A stretch of 60,083 bases of DNA, filler included, from Porpidia crustulata (taxonomy: Eukaryota): NCBI GenBank assembly GCA_964255105.1. It is 9 parts of 9 records of this genome, joined end to end, with 100 filler letters (N's around TTAATTAATTAA, not from the genome) between each part and the next. Parts side by side here need not be neighbours in the genome. Positions count along the whole stretch, not along the records: positions 20,117 to 26,707 come from CAXUWE010001503.1; positions 26,808 to 33,386 come from CAXUWE010001504.1; positions 33,487 to 40,064 come from CAXUWE010001505.1; 6 more parts are not named here. The stretch is one strand, 5' to 3'. Below the pieces are notes generated by a model. That model ran no database searches. It was not told the DNA's origin and worked only from the letters and a program-made list of their open reading frames with translations. Shown in pieces: positions 23,958-37,350 of this stretch. Within the stretch, counting starts at the first letter, position 1; the number at the start of each line of letters is the position of its first letter. The position numbers and the translations under genes were made by a program.

Positions 23958-24113
23958 CACTAAAACAATCGAAGCAGAGGTATTGAGGGTTATTGTAGGT
24001 GAACAGTGTCAATGGTTTATCCCTTGATTCTTTAAGAAGTCTAATATTCTGTAATCTAGCAAATGGTTGGGAATGTTGATAGAAAAAGTAGCAGGATCTA
24101 AGAGGAAAGTTCA

Positions 24114-24155
24114 AGGTAGAGGTGAAGGTAAAGGTGAAGGTGAAGGTGAAGGTGA
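24114..24155. repeat. (AAGGTG)n-like hexamer microsatellite
   Basis: About 7 imperfect AGGTGA/AGGTAA units upstream of the P450; a further (CCGCAAT)x3-4 repeat at 24634-24660. Confidence 0.85.
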
Positions 24156-25067
24156 ATATGATGGGTGCAGCGTGGGGGGATATTGGAGTCAAATACAAAC
24201 ATAGCAGGAGCAATTGAGAGTGATGAGTACGAAAGACGGCCAAGTAATCATGAAGCTATGAAGGGTGAGGGTTACGAATACCACACTGATGTGGGTTTTT
24301 ACCTACACTTCTAATGGGGCAGCTCGGTCTTTCCCCTTCCGATGAGTGAGCAGACTTGGGCATCTCGGTGACCAGTCAATGTTAGTCTGTAAGTCTTATA
24401 AAGCACGATTAGTCTACATCGTTGTGAAAATAAAAATGTCTGAGGGAGCCTGGGCTGTCGTGGATTGGATTGATGTAACATATTGCGCACAATGGGATAG
24501 TCGATGGGTCTCGACGCTGCAGTCAATCCTTATATAAATCACTAGCTCGTGTGCTCGTGAAATATCACTGAAAAAGAAGAAGGAGTGAGGAAGATCCTTT
24601 CTTTCGGTAGCGAAACGCTTGATGGGCCGAGGTCCGCAATCCGCAATCCGCAATCCGCAGTTGTAACCTTGTTTGGATTAGATTCGACAGATTTCTTTGG
24701 CGGTTGCCGGTTTGAGAGGAGTAGATGTCACAAGGTGGGTTGAGTGCTGTGAACATCGGGTCTATCGAGCGCTGCAAAATGGCATGATCGAAGTATTATT
24801 GGTGTGGAAGATCCAGAATCCTGCATAGTTGAAGGTGTGGGTATGTGGATGCTTGACAACTTGTTGCAATCAGAGGGTGTCGAGGTCTAGTATATGCCCA
24901 TATGATTGGTATGTCAAACGACAAGTCGAAGGCTTTGATCTGTGGTTATGCTTGATTTCTTACCTGGACTCAAATTCTCAAATTGGGAATGGCCATTTGG
25001 TATTCACGTGATTGTCCACGTACCATCCGTAAGCCATTAATAAAGGCCTATACCTCATGGCCAATAC

Positions 25068-26391
25068 CTAGAGCTTTGCTTTCAACATCACATTCCGCAC
25101 GACTCCTTCCGCACCTCCACCTTTTCCGAACATCCTCCTCAAGTCCCCAGCCACCGCATCCGGTCGTTCCCACGCCGCGAAATGCCCACCGCGCTCGTAC
25201 TCGCTTTCAAACACCACCGGACCTAGCGTCCTGCCCCACGTCTTGGGTACCACTGAGAGTTCTTGAGGGAAATATGCCAAACCGAGTTTCACATCGGGGA
25301 TGTACTTCTGCGAGCGTGCGCGACCATAGACATCGTCATGCTGTGCTTCATAGTAGATTCGTAAAGAGGCAGCGGGGCCAGCGGTGGAGAAGTAGTAAAT
25401 AGATACCCAGGTGAGGATTTCGTCTGCGGTCCACGGGTACGAGTCTGTCCAGTCGTGCAGCTTCTCGTATATCCACGCCAACAGACCGACAGGGCTATCA
25501 GTGAGTGCGTAACCAAGCGTCTGTGGTTTTGTGCATTGTTGCGTGCGATAGCCACTGCCTTCGCGGAGAAACCAGTCGGTGCGCGCGAATCCGGCCTTTT
25601 CGCGCGGAGTGTATGGCGTAATCTTGTGGCGGAGGTACAGGAGAGGGAATGCAGCGAGAGTTGGGGCGGATCCGCGTATTAGGTTTATGTGGGAGGCCAG
25701 GACGTGCGTGGGATACAGTAGGCCCATGATGCGGGTTATCATTGTGCCCCAGTCTCCACCTTGGGTCACTGCGGGAAAACGTCATTCAGTGGTTGAGCAG
25801 AGAGATTTCTAGGGGAGGAGGACGGACCATATGTAGTATAGCCAAGAGTTTGCATGAGTCTATGACAGGTTTCCGCATATTGAGCAAGGCCAAAGCCTTT
25901 TTTGTGGGTGCCAGAGGAGAAGCCATAGTTAGGAAGGGACGGGGCGACGATGTGGAAGGCAGGCGAGTCATTGTCGCCAGATTTGAGGAGAGGGAGAAGC
26001 TTGGTAACTTCTAAGAAGCTGCCAGGCCCTGACAGGCGTTGAGCGGGATTTGAGGAGAATTGGTATGACGAAGCTTACATCCATGACAAAAGAGGAGAGG
26101 AATTGCTCCTTCAACTTCGCTTTTCTGATGGACGAAATGAATATCGAGCGTACCGAAGCCATTGACTTGGATGGGTGTCTTATAATTAGGCAACTTGTTC
26201 ATCTGCGCTTCATGCTTTCTCCAACCGTAGCTGTCCTGCCAGTACTGCGTCAAGCGTTTGATGTCGGCCAATGGGGCTCCATAACCCCAGCCAGCTTCGT
26301 CAAGTTCGTCGGGAAATGTAGCATCGGAGAGCTTGCGTGAGAGTGTCTCTAGTTGATTCTCAGGTACTGATATGGTATAGGATTCCACCAT
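25068..26391 (-). CDS. Microsomal-type epoxide hydrolase (EHN + alpha/beta hydrolase)
   Basis: [31 protein letters not shown], nucleophile [29 protein letters not shown] and [10 protein letters not shown]; two introns. Confidence 0.95.
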
Positions 26392-27272
26392 GGTTTCAAC
26401 ATGAATTATGTCGATGATTGTTTACCTACACTTGACTCCAAGTCAGGCGATCTAGAGCAACCTTGATGGTGCTCCCTTGATGCCGAACGAATATGACGTG
26501 GGGGATTTCAGTCCCCTCAGGTCAAGTACCGACCCCTCTCCTCCTACGCTTACTTTTGTGGGCTCCATACGCAGAAGGTCCCCGAATCGCACGAATCCAG
26601 CGCATAAAGTCAGGATTACTGAGAAGTAAGTGCTTCAATCGGCGTATGATTATTTAGGTGCTTGATGATTACACCGCGTATTCGGAGTACTGTAAGATGA
26701 TCTGACGNNNNNNNNNNNNNNNNNNNNNNNNNNNNNNNNNNNNNNNNNNNNTTAATTAATTAANNNNNNNNNNNNNNNNNNNNNNNNNNNNNNNNNNNNN
26801 NNNNNNNATACTTACCCGCAGCTGCAGTGATTTCGGGCGATCAACCCCCTGCTTATAGGTTATTATTTTCATCGAAATGCATGAACACGGCGGATTTTTA
26901 ACTAAGAGTACATACAACTACATAACTATTGACTGATTGCGGAACGTGAACTAAACTAAACTAAACAAGAAAAATCAATGCAGATGCAGATGCATTCATT
27001 TAGTACGAATGACGGAAATGGGCAATTATTATTGTACATATTTGATTGCCGATCCAAAGCTAGCTCTCCTATAAACAATTTTCGAAGCTTTGAATGATGG
27101 GGTTTTGAGAAAGTAGGGGATTATTGACAGGGGGCGGACTGTACAGTGTGGTTGGGCCACGAAAAAACATTGGAGGCTGCGTTTTTGTTTTCCGTTGGGC
27201 GTTCTTGATTTCTGTTCAAACGGATGGGTTTGCTCGTTATCATTCGGGCGATGGATGTATGCAGGCTTTAGG

Positions 27273-29709
27273 CTATGATACAACTCCGTTAATGGTACCA
27301 GGTATCGGAGATTTCTCAGGCGTCGAAGGTTTCGATCTCAAGGTGAGGGGGAAAGGGTAGTCGTATGGGTCTTCCTCCTCGCTGTTCACCGTCACCAAGG
27401 TTAGTAAGTATTAATCATACAGATCTCGAATCGTTCAAGACAGTCGCAATGAGGACCACTTACGGCAATTTCCAAGCTATGTAGTCCTCCGTGCTGAGGC
27501 CTTCCTTGCCCTCTTGCAGCGAGGCAAAATCGCCAGGCGTCATCATGCCGGAGCGAGTCCGAGGGGATCCTGGCACTGACAAAGGTCGAGTCAATTTGGG
27601 CTCGGATGCATCGAAGATACCGGCTTCGTCGTAGTCGTCGTCGAAAGAGGCAGGATACGCTACGGCTCCTGTCAGCATCGCTTATGGTATATGTGGGAAT
27701 AAGGCTCACCTCGTCGAAGGGCTAACTGTCTCGCCTTGACATACTCCATACCCATTCTCTTCCAGTCTAGCAAATCACTCAGTCGCTCTGTCCGATTTCT
27801 CTGATTGATGCGTTGTCGTTTGCTTTTGGAGGCGAAATCGAACATGAAGTTTGTGAGTTGGTTGACCGAGTCATCGATGCCCTTGGTTCGGCGATCCACG
27901 ATATATATCCCGTAATCGGAAGCATTTTCAATCAGTTCCTCCATATAGCATCCAAAGCCGGAGAGGTTGGTTGTGATGCTTGGCACACCCATCACGGTGC
28001 ACTCTGCGGGAGTGTATCCCCAAGGCTCATAGTAGGACGGAAACACACCCATATGTGTTCCACGAACAAAGTCATCGTAATCGAGGGGTAAGACTGGATT
28101 TGCGGAGTTGAGGAATTCCGGATGGAATACAACCTTGACGCGATCACTCGAATGATTGAATAGTTGTACACGACGTATTTGAGATAGAATAGGATCATCG
28201 CCATCGTTCGCCATGTTGTGCGTTACAACGGGTGGCAGCGTATTGCGCTTCATGGCGAAAAGTCGGCGTCGCAACATTATTCGGTCCTGGCCGCTGAGAA
28301 GATCCTTGTGTTCTGGAACATCATCCCCATCGTGCCATTGCAGCGAACGCTCAAAAAGCCGTTTTCCGACTTCATGCTCGATCACACTGACGGTATCGCG
28401 AAGTGACTTGATCACGGCCTGGCCCTTGAGCGCTTCCACAGTCAAAGATTGTGTCTGTGCTGGCATGATGATGAATGCAACGACAGTCGTCTTTGAACCT
28501 GATGTCTTCAGACGATGGTTTAGGCGCGCAAGGGATTCGATGAACATGTCTACACCCTTGTTGCGGTATTCGTATCGCCCAGCGGTGAAGAAATACAAGG
28601 TATTCTCCGGCTCAAAGTCATTGTGCCCGTAGAAGTGACCTCGAACAAAGTCGTGAATCTTCTCCTTTGACTGCTGGTGGAGATTCTGAAATTCATGCAT
28701 TGCAGAAAACTTCTTAACATTCAGACCATTGGGTAAAACGCCGTCGGGCTTCCGTTTCAACAGATGTTCACTCTCATATGCCGTGATGTGTGAAACCGTG
28801 GTGAAGACATCAGAAGAATGTGCACCTGCTCGTTCGATACAGTACCTATGATATATCCCACGTTTTCCAGCCTCGGAGTCAACGTCAAAGTATTGGAGGT
28901 TATTGTAGAAGTCGACTGACCCGGCGCAAAGGTACCGTCCTAGTAGTGTAGCGTGGGTAGTAAAGATGGTGGTTACGTCTATTCTCCGCTTCTTGGTCAA
29001 AGGTATAGCCACGGCGGCGAGCCATTCGTGGAAATGGGCGATGATTGCCTTTTTCCTCTCATGGGAGACGAACTGCAATCGTCAGCTTTGTGTACCGTAT
29101 GCGCCATTGATTTCATACCTCGCCGAGGAACCAGGCTACGAGGTATCCAAAAACCACGGCCTCGTTCGTCTCGTCGTCTCCCGGTGGGGAAGGTATTCCG
29201 GCAGTGTTCCACAAATCTGCTTTCCATTCGTCCAGCCATCGATAGCCCGATTTGGTGTCAATGAGGATGATGCGCGGTGCGCCTTCGATCAGCCATCTGC
29301 CATATACCAAGTCGATACCTCTTGCTTGCATGTTTGAGATTGACTTGGCTAACTCGGGGTTCGTAGGCGTGAGGGGTTCGACTTCAACGGCGGCCTATGA
29401 TCTAATGAGTAAAGGAAGACGAAGTTGTAATATTGCAGTAGGTACCGAAGCGCGATTCAGTGGCCCAATCAGGGTATACCTCTCACCATATTCTGCGGTG
29501 GTGACCGGAGCTTTGGACTTGATTACAGAGTAGATTCCTCCCACTGTGGTGTAGTTAGTGGTAGGTCATTTTACTTGCGCACAGCTTGCCATACCTCGGT
29601 TTGCAGCCTCTGTGGATATTTCAAAGAGCATATGATTCTTGATATCTCGATTAGAGTATTCTGCGTCCTCCATCGTCCCATTCGTATGGGAGCCCGCGAT
29701 TTCTGCCAT
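27273..29709 (-). CDS. GSY1: Glycogen synthase (GT3)
   Basis: [66 protein letters not shown] and [21 protein letters not shown]-terminal SVPGSPR phosphosites; several introns. Confidence 0.97.
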
Positions 29710-32435
29710 GGCGGAGGAATGGCGCAGCTCTACCGTCCCGGAAGCCCGAATTGGTACGTGTCAATTCTTAGGCTGGTAGAAGCCGTAGATGTGTCCTAAT
29801 TGTGATTCAAAGCATGTTAATAGATGAATTGGAGAGAAGACAGTGTTGTGGGGGGCCCGTCTCGCAAAGGCTTTACTTCCCCACATTTCCCCAGGAAAAC
29901 CTCGTGGACTAGACGGGAGCTTCACTATCGACGTACCTGCTGCAATTAGAGCCTTAAAAAGGGTTGGGCAGCAAATGCCAATGATTGTGGATTGTCAAAT
30001 AGATAAAGGACAGTGGTATAGTAGAAGAAGATTGAAACGGTATCAATTGATTGTGTAAATGCCAGTCATGTGGGGAGGTTGGGAGGGGGGGATCCGGGGG
30101 TTTTTCAGAACCGCAAGGATGTGGGGGAGTGTCTAGGGTAGCTTCCACTAGGCTTTTGTTTAAAAACAATGCCGGTCTTGAAACGCTTCCTCCGCTCCAT
30201 TCTAATCCTTCCTTCCAACTGTTGAACAGGAGGACACTATCACGCTATAGGGACACATTCTGTTGCCCCAGATGCTGCTGAAAATGTTGTCAAGTAGCTC
30301 TGAAGCGCTCTTCGGTCACACTCACCCATTTGCAGATTATGCGCTTCGACGTCAGGTTAATGCTGGTCCTGGTACCCTACCTCCCTAGCTAAACACCTAG
30401 AGTAGCAAGTAGGTAGGTAGGTACTTAGTTTAGTACCAGACTCGAGTTCATAACCCCACTTATTTGGTACGCAAAAGCCACATGCACAAAGCCCTAGCCC
30501 TAACTTCTGGCCCTAACCCTAGGTTATATGTTCGATTGAGGGGTGTAATCGACTGAGGGGTGGATATAAGTACCACTAAGCCACGAAAGGTAAGGTAAAC
30601 ACAACTTACTTCTGCCAGCGATTTCATCTAGCGCTCCTCAACTGTTGCAAAAATGGCCTATGCTTCTGAGATGCTGCCACAATCCCGTTTCCGTGGGCAA
30701 AGCAGCGATCCAATCGTTGTGTAATCCACGGTTACGGGTTGACCGGAAAGATGCAATCGTAGAATATTAAAAAAGACCAATCCAAACCATTAAAGACATG
30801 GGCATGAGATTTGACACCCAGTACAGAGGGTTTGGGTAGACGATCTGTCCGTTATTTCCACACCACATGGAAATTGTACAGAACCAGGGAAGTATCGAAT
30901 CCGGCTTCACAAGTCTGTTTACAACATTTCTTTCAGCCAAGATTCTTCATTTCTTCACGTAGCTGCATACTCTCCCGTCCTCTGATCTTTGACTCGTGCG
31001 GCTGTTCCTTTTCGCAGCAAAGATCTGTTCATCTACGGTGACCTATCCAGTCAATCGTCCTTGGACCTCTCACGCTCCTGCAATTATGACTACAGCTCTG
31101 CAAAGCACAAATGGCTTGGATTTTTATGAGAGATTTGATCGTACGTTTCAGCCGGCAGTCTTTCGCGTCTGGATGTATGTGGTCTTCGCTGTGCGATTCG
31201 ATTTCGCCAATGAATGCATAAACAAGGACAGTTCCTTTCCCGGTTACTGCCCCATTACTCTCATCCTCAAGCTCATCACGTCAACTTCCTGTCGAATACC
31301 CTTTAGACACCGGAAAACATAAAGGCCACCAATATATTGAAGGCCCTTGCCTTTGCGAGAGCCATGCTGGCAGAAGCAGACAGGCCATTCTAGATATCTG
31401 TTGCAGTGTCGAGCGGACCGCCATCGTCACGCTGGAATCAACAGACCATACAGTGGCAAGCTATTCTAGCACTCGAAAGCCCGGCGAGCTCTTGCGTGAT
31501 CCCCATCAGCTTCCACTCACAGCTCGTCTGACTAGAATCTTAGGCAAGCTAGAGAATTGGTGCTGCGAGGGCTTTTCGAACACTGACGAGCATTTTCGGA
31601 AATGGTCTTGTACAGTTCTCTCAACCTCCAAACCTCGCAGATGAAGGCATCATCCTGAGACTATCAATAATTGGCCTAGTACGCAACGTTACAGCAAATA
31701 CGAGAACTCCGCGCCTACCGCATTTTGTTGGGCATCCTATCGTTGAGGTAAGAGTAATTGTAATTGTGATTAGAAATAAAGCCTCGACAGGATGCGGGCG
31801 GCGATACCATCGACGTTGATTGTCGTAGAACCAACTCTTCGGCTGGTAAGACATCTATGGAGACCTTGTGTGGTCGGATTCTAATGGCCTCTGTACATTT
31901 GGCCGACTCTCATTTCGTGTAAGTCAACTATCAACCTAAAAACCGTTCACGAGCGGCGTACAAGATGAAATCCTCCCATATCAATACATACGCGCAATGT
32001 GGACGTTCAACATACCGATCTAAACCCAATATTAGCCATGAAGAAGATACGATTACTTCCAGATATTCGAGGCGTTTTACTGTTTCAGTTGTCTGTACTG
32101 TTGGTAGTGCAACAAAAGCATTGTCTTTCAAGAATCTCGATTGTTTTTCCCCTTTGTTCGTCCAACAATATTCATTGTGATTCGTCAATCCACTGCATGT
32201 TCTTTCTTAGTAACAAAGAAGGTCTAGGCCCTTGTTCTTTTTACTTCCCCTTGCAGAGCTTGATATATATATTTAAAGATATTAGCCTTCGTTCTATTGG
32301 ATTCGATCGCGAGCCCAGCGTTGAATCTAGGCTCTGGAATCAATCGCTCGCAAGCTGCAATCCATCATTCCCCACCTCCATCCCCATCTCCACTTGTGCA
32401 TCTTTGAACTTCAAGTGTCTTCTACTTCCGGCGTC

Positions 32436-33386
32436 ATGCTCCGGAAAGTCAAAAAGTTCGTCCGCAAGCACTTCCACACTAGTGGAGGCACACAGGAGCC
32501 ACCGAAAGGGAGCGCAAAATCCCTTCGGCAAGCACTCCAAGCAGGAAGTACCCCGGACTTCACACGGCTCGTTCCCGATCCTCAGCCTTCTAAACCAAAC
32601 CAGCGTTCAAGATCTCGGCGCAATGGCTTCTATCTCCGGAGCGGAGCAGATCGCAGCGGCAGCCCAATTGGCTATTTCCAGAGCCTAGGTGAGCTCTGCA
32701 TCACCAACCCAGATTCAGGGTCAACTGGATCCACCGCCTCCCTGGTTTCAACGCATCCGAATCTGTCATACTTTGACCCTGGCCCACTCGGTCATTTGCT
32801 CACAGCGGCAGAGTATCGCAAGCCGAGTGACCCAAGGGAATTGACACGGGAGTCTAATGTGTCCGGCTCCGCCTGCATCTCCGGTGACGATTTCTCTGCG
32901 CTGAATGATGATTTGACGGCTGCGATGTTTGTATCGGTGGACTCTGCTGAGGACGGCGAACCTAGAGAACATGAACTCGAGGCTCTGTCCCCAAGACATG
33001 CCATGGACGGCCTAAGGATGCATCCGCCAAGCTTACCGATGGGCAGCTCAGCTATACTGCTAGACACCCGAGCTCCGCCAAGCGAACTAGCTGATGAGAC
33101 AGCGTCAGTGAGACTTCCAATCCAGATAGTGGGTCGGCCGTCTCTGCATTTGCACACACGTCGAGATGACGACAAAGAGTTGGCTTTCAAGTCAGTCAAC
33201 TCCAGTGCTTCCTCAATCACATTGCAACCATCATCTCGGCTTGACTACGACGCTGAATGTGAAGAGGACTCAAATTCTGTAAGAGGCCATCTACAGAAGA
33301 GAATCGACAACCGTCGTTCCACCGATCGTTTCGGCCCCTTGACAACCGCCGAGTTCCCCGACGTCGTTCGAACCCAAGGCCCCTAT
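32436..33386 (+). CDS. Hypothetical Ser-rich protein N-terminus (truncated by contig end)
   Basis: ORF from ATG 32436 (MLRKVKKFVRKHF) open for 317 codons to the gap; no recognisable domain. Confidence 0.55.
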
Positions 33387-34397
33387 NNNNNNNNNNNNNN
33401 NNNNNNNNNNNNNNNNNNNNNNNNNNNNNNTTAATTAATTAANNNNNNNNNNNNNNNNNNNNNNNNNNNNNNNNNNNNNNNNNNNNTCCCTGCGCACGGA
33501 TGATACCAAGCTAGCAAGCTAGCTTTAAGCCCTAACAATATGTATCAGAATGAAGAATATATATATATATTAAAAAGGGGTGTACACGTATCCAGACTCT
33601 TCTCTTTGCTTAAAGTACCAAGCGTTATAGGGCTGAGGCTGAGTCAAAAGAATAGTTTGTTGATTGTATGATGCGGCCGTAGTTCAATATGCAACGATCA
33701 AAGGAGGAAGTCTAGAAGTAGAGTGTGATCTTTGAGCACGAGAAGATGTGTGAAGGAGCATTAGCTTAGCTGCTGTGATGTTAGTACAGTCCTAATTTTT
33801 AGAACTTACCTTTATTAGTTAATCTAAATTATTCTTGCTAGTAATTTTGCCTTACTTCTCTGTCCTAGAGCTTGATTCAGAGTTAAACTGGTTTTTCTAA
33901 TTTTCACTCATCTATGCATCGATATGAATGCATCGATATAGTTAAGAGGTAGGAGTACTGCAGGGCTGCAGGAGACCCCTCCTGGCGCCCGCTCCCCATC
34001 AGGGCTACACTTGAATTCGTCATTGTTTGGTACCATGGGGGAGGACAACTGGGATAAGAGGACGGCCTACCAAGAGTCCCCATTAATTGAGGGCAAAGGT
34101 TTGTGCATCAGCAACCAGAGCAGACCGAGGTGAAAACTGTGATTGGTCATAATCCAGGAGCGATAAGACTACTGGCTGACCAAGCAGGACTGCTGGAATA
34201 GGTATTGCTTTGCTTCTCTGTAGCTTAGTGGCGTAATGGGGAAAGTAGCGTTCCTTTCTCAAGCATTATGGCGTAAGGACAGGAACTCGAGCGGGTTCAA
34301 GACACGCATTTGCCTCCAATATCTATACTAATGCTGGATCCTGAACTACGAACATGCTATGCACGAAATACGATAGGTCTCACTGATGATAGCAGAA

Positions 34398-35760
34398 CTA
34401 GTGTACATGGAGTTCATCACGTAAAAGGACTTTGTGCACCGTCGCCACGTGATTTTTAAAGTGCATGATGCTCGAGAGGACCAACCCTGCTGCCTTACAC
34501 TGCGGATGAGGACACGGCACCTCAGCAGCAGGCCGATAGCTCTTCAAGTGCATTTCAGCTTCGTTCATCATCTTGTGAGGTGTAGAGTATTCAAACATCC
34601 GTCCCAGGTAAGACTTGCTCTCCTTGCCGAGGCAGAAGATGCATTATGTAGGCTTGCATACCAACGGGAAGCGGTCTTTGATATCTTCTTCAGAGTCTCC
34701 CGGCGAGGGCATCGATTCCGTGGACCGATGAGTCAACGCTGGCCGGGCGCGATACCGACTTTCCTGTCGCTCGCACAATGCAACACGGGCTCAAATCGTG
34801 TCGAGTCTCTGAGTATGCTTTTTATGATCCGTTAGATTGATAACGGGCTCGCAGGTCAGTCGGACGATCTCGCATCGTCCAGCGATATCATACTGACGGG
34901 GAGCCGCCGGCTTGACGTCTTCGTCCGAGACGGTGGCATACGAATCGGCAAATTGGGCGTCGAGTATACTTATATCGGCATTACGAAAATGCCGCTTCCG
35001 GGCTTTCTCGAGTAATCGATTTCGTCGATTGTTTTTCTCCCGGGGTAAGGCCGCATCTACCTGTTTCTTGGTCTTAACTAGAGGATCGTGTGGAGGAGCA
35101 TGTCTGACGATGCTGTACTTCCACTTGATCTTCTCCGTAAGCGCCTTGCTCTCGCGGCTGAGCTGTAGTAAACGCTTGCTGTTAGCCACCTTGTGAGACA
35201 GCTCAAGGGACAACTTGGTCGGGGCGTTGGGGTCGACGGTCAATGTCATAAGCCTGGCGAACTTTTGAACAACGTTGTCGGACGAACGGCCTAAGAAGGC
35301 AGCAATGGTATTGAACCGGACCTCGCGATCGAGGTAGTATCGGACCGAGTTCGACTGGTGATCGAAGATCTGGTCCCGAACCGATGATGGCGCCTAGTCT
35401 GTGAGTTTCATTGATAAGTATAGGGGCTACTCGAGAAGCTAAACGGTTGTGGCTGGAGGATCACTTACTGTTGACAGCATTGACCAAGCCACGTCGTGCA
35501 CAGTACTGATTGAAGGACCTCTCCAGCCCAGATTTACGACCGAGGTCTTGGAGATAGCGAAGCCATGTGCTCGAACGTAATGGCTCTGCGGGTGATGTGC
35601 GAAACCCATCGGCAGCGCGCCCGGGTGCACGGAAGACGGGGATGTCCAACGTGCTGCGTTTGATTTTCAGTTGTAGACTTTTTTTCCCCGAGGGAATTTT
35701 GGCTCAGAAAATATTGCTGACGTTACGCAATTACTCCGCGACGAAAACATCGTCGAGTCT
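34398..35760 (-). mobile_element. Degenerate DUF3435 tyrosine-recombinase gene (Starship captain-like), 5'-truncated
   Basis: DIPVFR, LGRKSGL...YCARRG..NAVN, VRDQIFDH, YYLDREVRFNTIAAFLG, MTLTVDPNAP, RKRHF, CIFCLG and C-terminal CPHPQC...HFKNHVATVH. Several in-frame stops (35731-35733, 35704-35706, 34791-34793, 34644-34646). Confidence 0.8.
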
Positions 35761-36550
35761 GTAGGTATAGCGGAGTAAATGTCTCAAGACAACGTTGCCA
35801 TCTTCTTGATCGAACGTATTGCGAAATATTTTATTCGTGCTCCTGGTATAGGCTCGTAGCTCTGTCACATCGCGGAAGGTCTGGACTCTTTCTTCGGTGT
35901 TTCCACGTCCTCATCCCCACTCAATCAAATCAACAATGTTAACATGTGTTCTTCGTACAACCTATGATTCGGATTAGCATAAATGTTCAAAGTTTCGTTG
36001 AACGCGCTCGTACTTTCTCACATTACTCACACGTTTGCGGAAGCGGCTTGACACCAATGGCACGACAAAGGGCATGCCACGCAGCCAAATCGCTCTCTGC
36101 ACCATACTACATGCGCAATTCGTTTTCTAATACATCTTGATATCTGTTCCATGCGTCTTGTGACACGGCCTCGCCACACCGCCACCGTTCATGTTCTTGC
36201 AAGTTGCCATACGACGTAGCTGGTGAGAGAGAAGGGTCGTAATTAAAAGTTGGGAAAGAGCGGAAGAAGAGATCTAAAGGGGTGTTCGGATCCTGCTGAT
36301 GAATACGAGAGTTCCGCAGGTGCTGCTCCAGAGCCTCATCCCTGCCGAAGGATCGATCGCAACTCTCATAGTCGAAGGAAGGAGCATGCGCTGGGGAGTC
36401 TCGTAGGTGCTGGTCAAGAGCCTCTTCGCTGCCAAAATGACGGTCGCACTTTGCACAGTCGAAGGCATGAACAGGTGCACCTCGTTTATGCAGCTGCAGA
36501 GCCTCGTCGCTATCGAAAGTTCGATCGCAGAGAACACAACAGCAGCTCAT
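35761..36550 (-). pseudogene. C2H2 zinc-finger repeat protein with a conserved fungal C-terminal domain, disrupted by stops
   Basis: Three C-x2-C-DR-x-F-x4-AL-x-(Q/L)H repeats (the third degenerate), then LAAWHALCRAIG, HVNIVDLIEW, LRAYT..KIF and VLRHLLR. Stops at 36107-36109 (Trp position), 36023-36025 and 35911-35913. Confidence 0.75.
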
Positions 36551-37350
36551 AATATCAGGAGTTTCATACCAGTGTAAATCTTCAAAATAAGCAGAGAGTA
36601 ATAATAATGGGAGACCATGATCGGCTAGAAGTGGTGAATCAAAAAATTCGATTGGAATGAATAGTACATGGGGAGCTATGTACCAATAACCCAAAGCTAG
36701 CTGATGATGAGCTCCCAAGATTTCGTGAAATGTAGGCATGGCAAGTCTTGGCAATATGCCTATTCAGGACTAGCTTCCGTTCTCTGTACTTTTCTCTGTA
36801 CCATAGATTAATCTCATTATTATCTATTCACATTAGCAATTCAAGAGCAGACCTTGACACTTATCTCATGGTGACTGCGCACCGTATTCTTAGTTATCTC
36901 TGCTACCAGCCCTATCCCGAATATCAATGATCCATGAGAGGAAAGGCCATCAGGTTGCCAAGACCGTCCGGACGATGGTGACCAAATAAAAATTAGGCAA
37001 CAGCTCAGCCTTTGTTGGATCTGAAACATGGGAAGTCCCCTGAATCCGGACATCTATGCAGCAGTCTAGGCTGCCATCAAGTTGTTCTGAAAATTACCGA
37101 TCGATACCGCTAGATTGATTTCGCATTTCAGGCGCTAAAAATAAAGAGTGAAAAGGCCTCGTAAAATGGCGACGGGACCATCGCGAATCGGGCGCATTCT
37201 CACCTGCACACAAACTGCTCGCGTCTCCTACCACGAGCGTGTTAGCCCTAAAATCTACAGGTTCAACTTCATAGACATGTGAAAAAGCGCCATTTCCTCC
37301 AAAAGCCGTGAAGACGATCTGGATTCGTCACGCTCCGCATCTCTGTCACC

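Noticed and set aside
26808..26850. U1 snRNA-like start ATACTTACCCG…GGCGATCAA at a contig start
   Set aside because: No recognisable ATTGCAC loop or Sm site follows. It is equally explained as the reverse complement of a splice donor (CGG/GTAAGTAT). An Infernal search with RF00003 would settle it.
30300..32400. Short ORFs in the long region upstream of glycogen synthase
   Set aside because: No recognisable motifs or exon structure; treated as intergenic or UTR sequence.
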